A stretch of DNA of 64,000 bases, taken from NCBI GenBank assembly GCA_038087875.1, contig JAXLNO010000396.1, positions 62,001-126,000 on the forward strand. The letters run 5' to 3'. The notes under the pieces were generated by a model. That model made no database searches. It had not been told where the DNA came from and saw only the letters and a list, made by a program, of their open reading frames with translations. Positions 56,585 to 64,000 of the stretch are shown piece by piece. This DNA comes from Malacoraja senta (Eukaryota). How positions within the stretch are numbered: the stretch's first letter is position 1; every line of letters begins with the position of its first letter. The translations under genes were made by a program, and so were the position numbers.

Positions 56585-57029
56585 TGCATTATGTTAGCAA
56601 ACCACCTTTTGCATTTTCAAAGCTAACCTATTTGCATTTTCAAAGCAAAACCTCCTTTTGCATTTCCAAACCAAACCTTTGCATGTTCAAAGCAAACATT
56701 TAGCATTTTCAAAGCAAATCTTTTGCAGTTTCATTACAAAGATCATTTTGCATTTTTATAGCAAACCACCTTTTGCATATTCAAAGCAAACCACCTTTTG
56801 CATTTTCAAAGCAAATATTTTGCATTTTCAAAGCAAACCTTTTGCATTTGAAACCAATCCACATTTTGCATTTCCAAACCAAACCACCATTTGCATTTTC
56901 ACACCAAACCACATTTTGCATTTTCAAAGGAAACCACTTTTTACATTTTCAAAGCAAACCTTTTGCATTTACAAACCAAACCTTGTTTTGCATTTCCAAA
57001 CCAAACATCCATTTCCATTTTGAAACTAT

Positions 57030-57113
57030 CCCTAACCCTAACCCCAGCCCTAACCCTAGCCCTAACCCTAACCCTAACCCTAACCCTAACACTAACCCAA
57101 ACCCTAACCCTAA
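57030..57113 (-). repeat. Interstitial telomeric tract, class A
   Basis: Includes CCCCAG and CCCTAG variants; same flanks. Confidence 0.95.
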
Positions 57114-57642
57114 TGCATTATCATAGCAAACCACCTTTTGCATTTTCAAAGCAAACCTATTTGCATTTTCAAAGCAAACCACATTTTCCATTTTCAAAGC
57201 AAACCACCTTTTGCATTTACAAAGCAATCCACCTTTTGCATTTTCAAAGCAAACCACCTTATGCAATTTCAAACCAAACCACCATTTGCGTTTTCAAACC
57301 AAACCACCATTTGCATTTTCAAACCAAACCACCATTTGCATTTTCAAACCAAACCACCATTTGTATTTTCAAACTAAACCACCTTTTACATTTTCATAGC
57401 AGACCACTTTTTGAATTTTCAAATTAAACCTTTTGCATTTTCAAAGCAAACCTTTTGCATTTGAAACCAATCCACATTTTGCATTTCCAAACCAAACCAC
57501 CATTTGCATTTGCACACCAAACCACATTTTGCATTTTCAAAGGAACCCAATTTTTACATTTTCAAAGCAAACCTTTTGCATTTTCAAACCAAACCATGTT
57601 TTGTATTTCCAAACCAAACATCCATTTGCATTTTGAAACTAT

Positions 57643-57720
57643 CCCTAACCCTAACCCTAAGCCTAACCCTAACCCTAACCCTAACCCTAACCCTAACACT
57701 AACACTAACCCAAACCCTAA
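57643..57720 (-). repeat. Interstitial telomeric tract, class A
   Basis: Includes a GCCTAA unit; same flanks. Confidence 0.95.
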
Positions 57721-58087
57721 TGCATTATCATAGCAAACCACCTTTTGCATTTTCACAGCAAACCATTTTGCATTTTCAAAGCAAACCACATTTTGCCTTT
57801 TCAAAGCAAACCATCTTTTGCATTTTCAAAGGAAACCACTTTTTACATTTTCAAAGCAAACCGTTTGTATTTTCAAAGCATAACGTTTGCATTTTCAAAA
57901 CAAACCCCCTTTTTGATTTTCAAACCAAACCACCATTTGCGTTTTCAAACCAAACCACCATTTGCATTTTCAAACCAAACCACCATTTGCCTTTTCAAAC
58001 CAAACCACCATTTGCATTTTCAAACCAAACCACCATTTGCATTTTCAAAGCAAACCACCTGCATTTTCAAAGCAAACATTTTGCATT

Positions 58088-61000
58088 TTCTGCATGTGAA
58101 AGGCGACGAAAATTCAGGACACGAAAAGTGAAGAAAATTCAGCATGCGAAAAGCGATGAAAATGAAGCACGCGAAAAGTGAAGAAAATTCAGCATGTGAA
58201 AAGCGATGAAAATGAAGCACGCGAAAAGTGACGAAAATGATGCACGCGAAAAGCAACAAAAATTCAGCATGCGAAAAGTGACGAACCTTCAGGACGCGAA
58301 AGGCGACGAAATTTCAAAATGCCAAAAGCGACGTAAATTCAAGATACGAAAAAGACATGAAAAGCGACAACATTTCGGCACATGAAAGTGACGAAACTTC
58401 AGGACGCGAAAAGTGATGAAAATTCAGCACGCGGAAAGTGACGAACCAGGAAATGAAAAGCTACAACAATTCAGCACGTGAAAAGCGATGAACCTTCACG
58501 ACGTGAAAAGCGACGAAAATTCATCACGCAAAATGTGTCGGAATTTCAGAACGTGAAAAGCGACAATAATTCAGCACGTGAAAAGCGACGATCCTTAAGG
58601 ATACGAAAAGCGTCGAAAATTCAGCACGCGTAAAGAGAGGAATCATCAGGATGCAAAAAGTGATGAAAATGAAGCACGCGATAACCAACGAGAATTCAGC
58701 ATGCGAAAAGTGACGAAAATTAAGCATGTGAAAAGCGACGAAAACTCACCACGTGAAAAGTGAAGACATTTCAGAACCCGAAAAGTGCCGAAAATTCAGC
58801 ACATGAAAAGCGATGAAAATTCAGCATGCGAAAAAGCACACAAATTCAGCAAGCGAAAAGCGACGAAAATTCAGCATGCGAAAATCGACGAACCTTCACG
58901 ACGAGAAAAGTGATGAAAATTCAGCACGCGGAAAGTGACGACATTTCAGAACATGAAAAGCGAATAAAATTCAGCACGCGAAAAGCAAGGAAATTTCAGC
59001 ATGCGAAAATGAAGGAAAATTCAGCACGCACAAAGCGACGAAATTTCAGGTCGTGAAAAGCGACGATATTTCAGCATGCGAAAAGCAACAAAATTTCAGC
59101 CTGTGAAAAGCGATGAAAATTCAGCACAGTAAAAGTGACGAACCTTCAGGACGCGAAAAGCGATGAAAATTCAGCATGCGAAAAGCAACGAAAATTCAGC
59201 ACGCATAAAGCGATGAAATTTCTGCACGCGAAATGCGACAAAATTCAGCACGCGAAAAGTGATGAACCTTTAGGACGCGAAAAGCAATACATTCAGTACG
59301 CGAAAATGACGATATTTCAGTACATGAAGAAGGACGAAAATTCAGCACGCGAAAAGCGACGAAAGTTCAGCATGCGAAAAGCAACGAAAATTCAGCACGC
59401 ATAAAGCGACGAAATTTCACGACGTGAAAAGCGACAAAATTTCTGCAGGCGAAATGCGACAAAATTCAGCACGCGAAAAGTGACGAACTTTCAGGATGCA
59501 AAAAGTGACGAAAATTATGCATGCGATAGGCGACGAAAATTCAGCATGCGAAAATCGACGAAAATTCACCATGCGAAAAGCGACGAACCTTCAGGACAAG
59601 AAAAGTGAAGAAAATTCAGCATGCGGAATGCGACGAACCCTCAGGATGTGGAAAGCGATGAAAATGAAACACGCGAAAAGTGACGAAAATAATGCAAGCG
59701 AAAAGCGACAAAATTCAGCATGCGAAAAGTGACGAACCTTCAGGACGCGAAAGGCGCCGAAATTTCAAAATGCCAAAAGCGACGTAAATTCAAGATACGA
59801 AAAGCGACAACATTTCAGGACATGAAAAGCGACAAAATTTCGGCACATGAAAAGTGACAAAACTTCAGGACGTGAAAAGCGATGAAAATTCAGCACGCGA
59901 AAAGTGACGAACCAGGAAATGAAAAGCGACAACAATTCAGCACGTGAAAAGCGACGAACCTTCACGACGTGAAAAGCGACGAAAATTTAGCACGCAAAAT
60001 GAGCCGAAATTTCAGAACGTGAAAAGCGACAATAATTCAGCACGTGAAAAGCGACGATCCTTCAGGATAGGAAAAGCGTCGAAAATTCAGCACGCGAAAA
60101 GAGAGGAATCTTCAGGACGCGAAAAGTGATGAAAATGAAGCACGCGATAACCAACGAAAATTCAGCAGGTGAAAAGTGACGACATTTCAGAACATGAAAA
60201 GCGACGAACATTCAGCACACGAAAAGTGACGAAATTTCAGGACGTGTAAATCGACGAAATTTCAGCACCCGAAAAGTGACGAAATTTCACCATACAAAAT
60301 GCGACGAAAATTCTGCATGCAAAAAGCAAAGAAATTACAGGATGCATAAAGCGACGAAATTTCAGATTATAAAAAGTGACAAAATTTCAGCATGCAAAAA
60401 TCGCTGAAATTTCAGCACACAAAAAGCGACGAAAATTCAGCATGCGAAAAGCGATGAAACATCAGGACGCATAAAGTGACGAAATTTCAGAACGTTAAAA
60501 GCGACGAAATTTCAACACGTAAGAAGCGGCGAAATTACAGAACGTGAAAAGCGACGAAAATTCAGCATGCGAAAAGCGATGAAAATCAGCATGCGAAAAA
60601 CGACGAAAATTCAGCATGCAAAAAGCAACGAAAATGCGGCACGCGAAAAGTGACGAACCTTCAGGACGCGAAAAGTGAAGAAAATTTAGCACTCGAAAAG
60701 TGACGACATTTCAGAACATGAAAAGAGAATAAAATTCAGCACACGAAAAGCGAGGAAATTTCAGCATGCGAAAAGCGACGAAAATTCATCATGCGAAAAG
60801 TGACGAAAATTCAGCATGCGAAAAGTGACGAACCAGGATGCGAAAAGCGATGAAAATGAAGCACGCAAAGGGCGAGGAAAATTCAGCATGCGAAAAGGAA
60901 CGAAAATTCAGCACGCATAAAGCGACGACATTTCAGAACATAAAAAGCGACGAATATTCAGCACGCGAAAAGTGACGAAATTACAGAACATGAAAAGCGA

Positions 61001-64000
61001 CGAAAATTCAGCACGCGAAAGGTGACGAAAATTCAGCATGCGAAAATTGACGAACCTTCAGGACGCAAAAAGCAACGGAAATTCAGTATGCGAAAATGAC
61101 GATATTTCAGAACATGAAAAGCGACGAAAATTCAGCACGTGAAAACGACGAAATTTCTGCACGCGAAATGCGACAAAATTCAGCATGCGAAAAGTGACGA
61201 ACCTTCAGGATTCAAAAAGTGACGAAAATTCTGCATGCGAAAGGTGACAAAAATTCAGCATGCGAAAATCGACAAAAATTCAGCATGCGAAAAGCGACGA
61301 ACGTTCAGGACACGAAAAGTGAAGAAAATTCAGCATGCGAAAAGCGACGAACCCTCAGGATGTGAAAAGCGATGAAAATGAAGCACGCGAAAAGTGACGA
61401 AAATGATGCTCGCGAAAATCAACAAAACTTCAGCATGCGAAAAGTGACGAACCTTCAGGACACGAAAGGCGACGAAATTTCAAAATGCCAAAAGCGACGT
61501 AAATTCAAGATACGAAAAGCGACAACATTTCAGGACATGAAAAGCGACAACATTTCGGCACATGAAAAGTGACGAAACTTCAGGATGCGAAAAGCGATGA
61601 AAATTCAGCACGCGGAAAGTGACGAACCAGGAAATGAAAAGCTACAACAATTCAGCACGTGAAAAGCGACGTGAAAAGCGATGAAAATTCATCACGCAAA
61701 ATGTGACGGAATTTCAGAACGTGAAAAGTGACAATAATTCAGCACGTGAAAAGCGACGATCCTTCACGATACGAAAAGCGTCGAAAATTCAGCACGTGAA
61801 AAGGGAGGAATCATCAGGACGCGAAAAGTGATGAAAATGAAGCACGCGATAACCAACGAGAATTCAGCATGCGAAAAGTGACGAAAATTAAGCATGTGAA
61901 AAGCGACGAAAATTCAGCATGCGAAAATCGACAAAAATTCAGCATGCGAAAATCGACGAACCTTCCGGACACGAAAAGTGTAGAAAATTCAGCATGCGAA
62001 ATGCGACGAACCCTCAGGATGTGAAAAGCGATGAAAATGAAGCACGCAAAAGACAAGGAAAATTCAGCATGCAAAAAGGAACGAAAATTGAGCACGCGAA
62101 ATGCGACAGAATTCAGCACGCGAAAAGTGACGAACCTTCAGGATGCAAAAAGTGTCGAAAATTCTGCATGTGAAAGGCGACGAAAATTCAGCATGCGAAA
62201 ATTGATAAAAATTCAGCATGCGAAAAGCGACGAACGTTCAGGACACGAAAAGTGTAGAAAATTCAGCATTCGAAATGCGACGAACCCTCAGGATGTGAAA
62301 AGCGATGAAAATGAAGCACGCAAAAGGCGAGGAAAATTCAGCATGCGAAAAGGAACGAAAATTGAGCACGCATAAAGCGACGAAATTTCAGGTCGTGAAA
62401 AGCGACGATATTTCACCACGCGAAAAGCAACAAAATTTTAACCTGTGAAAGGCGATGAAAATTCAGCACAGTAAAAGTGACGAACCTTCAGGACGCGAAA
62501 AGCGACGAAAATTCAGCATGCGAAATGTGATGAAAATTCCGCACACGTAAAGTGACGACATTTCAGAACATAAAAAGCGACGAACATTCAGCACGCGAAA
62601 AGTGACAAAATTACAGAACATGAAAAGCGACGAAAATTCAGCAAGCGAAAAGCGACCAAAATTCAGTATGCGAACATTGACAAACCTTCAGGACGCGAAA
62701 AGCAACGAAAATTCAGTATGCGAAAATGACGATATTTCAGAACATGAAAAGCGACGAAAATTCAGCACGCGAAAAGCGACGAAAATTCAGCATGCGAAAA
62801 TCAACAAAAATTCAGCACGCATAAAGCGACGAAATTTCAGGACGTGAAAACGACGAAATTGCTGCACACGAAATGTGACAAAATTCAGCACGCGAAAAGT
62901 GACGAACCTTCAGGATGCAAAATGTTACGAAAATTCTGCATGCGACATGCGACGAAAATTCAGCATGCGAAAATCGACAAAAATTCAGCATGCGAAAAGC
63001 GACGAACGTTCAGGACACGAAAAGTGAAGAAAATTCAGCATACGAAAAGCGACGAACCCTCAGGATGTGAAAAGCGATGAAAATGAAGCACGTGAAAAGT
63101 GACGAAAATGATGCTCGCGAAAAGCAACAAAAATTCAGCATGCGAAAAGTGACGAACCTTCAGGACGCGAAAGGCGACGAAATTTCAAAATGCCAAAGGC
63201 GACGTAAATTCAAGATACGAAAAGCGACAACATTTCAGGACATGAAAAGCGACAACATTTCGGCACATGAAAAGTGACGAAACTTCAGGACGCGAAAAGC
63301 GATGAAAATTCAGCACGCGGAAAGTGACGAACCAGGAAATGAAAAGCTACAACAATTCAGCACGTGAAAAGCGACGAACCTTCACGACGTGAAAAGCGAT
63401 GAAAATTCATCATGCAAAATGTGACGGAATTTCAGAACGTGAAAAGCGACAATAATTCAGCACGTGAAAAACGACGATCCTTCACGATACGAAAAGCGTC
63501 GAAAATTCAGCACGCGAAAAGAGAGGAATCATCAGGACGCGAAAAGTGATGAAAATGAAGCACGCGATAACCAACGAGAATTCAGCATGCGAAAAGTGAC
63601 GAAAATTAAGCATGCGAAAATCGACAAAAATTCAGCATGCGAAAAGCGACGAACGTTCAGGACACGAAAAGTGAAGAAAATTCAGCATGCGAAAAGCGAC
63701 GAACCCTCAGGATGTGAAAAGCGATGAAAATGAAGCACGCGAAAAGTGACGAAAATGATGCTCGCGAAAAGCAACAAAAATTCAGCATGCGAAAAGTGAC
63801 GAACCTTCAGGACGCGAAAGGCGACGAAATTTCAAAATGTCAAAAGCGACGTAAATTCAAGATACGAAAAGCGACAACATTTCAGGACATGAAAAGCGAC
63901 AACATTTCGGCACATGAAAAGTGACGAAACTTCAGGATGCAAAAAGCGATGAAAATTCAGCACGCGGAAAGTGACGAACCAGGAAATGAAAAGCTACAAC
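58088..64000 (+). repeat. Satellite B: CpG-rich 25-bp monomer, consensus AAAATTCAGCAYGCGAAAAGYGACG
   Basis: 25-bp period visible at e.g. 60781-60830; the higher-order landmark GTAAATTCAAGATACG occurs at 58333, 59784, 61499, 63204 and 63851. Confidence 0.96.
62962..64000 (+). repeat. SatB higher-order tandem duplication, 647-bp period (runs off the window)
   Basis: Matches 62962/63609 and ORF-track 63077/63724. Confidence 0.85.

Larger units (their letters stand above)
42418..58090 (+). repeat. Satellite A block 3
   Basis: Same monomers from the CR1 tail to the SatB junction; contains eight telomeric tracts. Confidence 0.97.

Noticed and set aside
9662..57720. True chromosome end
   Set aside because: The tracts are only ~34-102 bp, degenerate and flanked by satellite on both sides; a subtelomeric location cannot be determined from this window.
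9557..57804. PNPNPN, LTLTLT and LGLGLG ORFs
   Set aside because: These are direct translations of (CCCTAA)n/(TTAGGG)n tracts.
1..58090. CRISPR-like pattern of a constant core with variable intervening bases
   Set aside because: The intervening segments are ~10-14 bp variants of one consensus rather than unique spacers; there are no cas genes and the context is eukaryotic.
41..58181. Hundreds of plus-strand ORFs up to 603 aa (HFQSKPPFAFSKQTTFCIFKAN...)
   Set aside because: The SatA plus-strand consensus has no stop codon, and 25/22-bp monomers cycle through all frames, so all three frames give the same peptide. Most starts are TTG and there is no domain or gene structure.
58020..63924. Lys/Arg-rich ORFs in SatB
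   Set aside because: Short repetitive translations of the 25-bp monomer with no coding evidence.
58088..64000. Possible CENP-B boxes or E2F sites in SatB (TTTTCG motifs on the minus strand)
   Set aside because: The CENP-B pattern TTCG-N4-A-N2-CGGG is not met because there is no CGGG; TTTCGCGT only partly matches E2F TTTSSCGC.

Overview
Eukaryotic heterochromatin-like window, most likely vertebrate. The CR1 3' end resembles cartilaginous-fish elements, but that is recalled, not searched. I find no supportable host gene. About 51 kb (1-58090) is one AT-rich satellite, SatA, built from 25-bp (TTTGCATTTTCAAAGCAAACCACCT) and 22-bp (TTTGCATTTTCAAAGCAAACCT) monomers. It is organised into nested duplications from ~0.4 kb to ~3.3 kb and an older colinear macro-duplication with a ~34-40 kb offset. 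SatA carries 18 short degenerate (CCCTAA)n tracts that all share essentially the same 3' junction, one ~400-bp inverted block, a 5'-truncated dead L1-clade LINE (minus strand, 10795-14552, 7-bp TSD) and a 5'-truncated dead CR1-clade LINE (plus strand, 39626-42417). At 58088-58090 SatA switches abruptly to a second, CpG-rich 25-bp satellite, SatB (AAAATTCAGCAYGCGAAAAGYGACG), which runs to the window end. Nearly all predicted ORFs are artefacts of stop-poor satellite strands. The most notable structure is the telomere-tract-containing satellite monomer, whose apparent empty allele is present in the same array. I see no evidence of a new protein-coding system. All alignments were made by eye and from ORF-track offsets, so boundaries are approximate.
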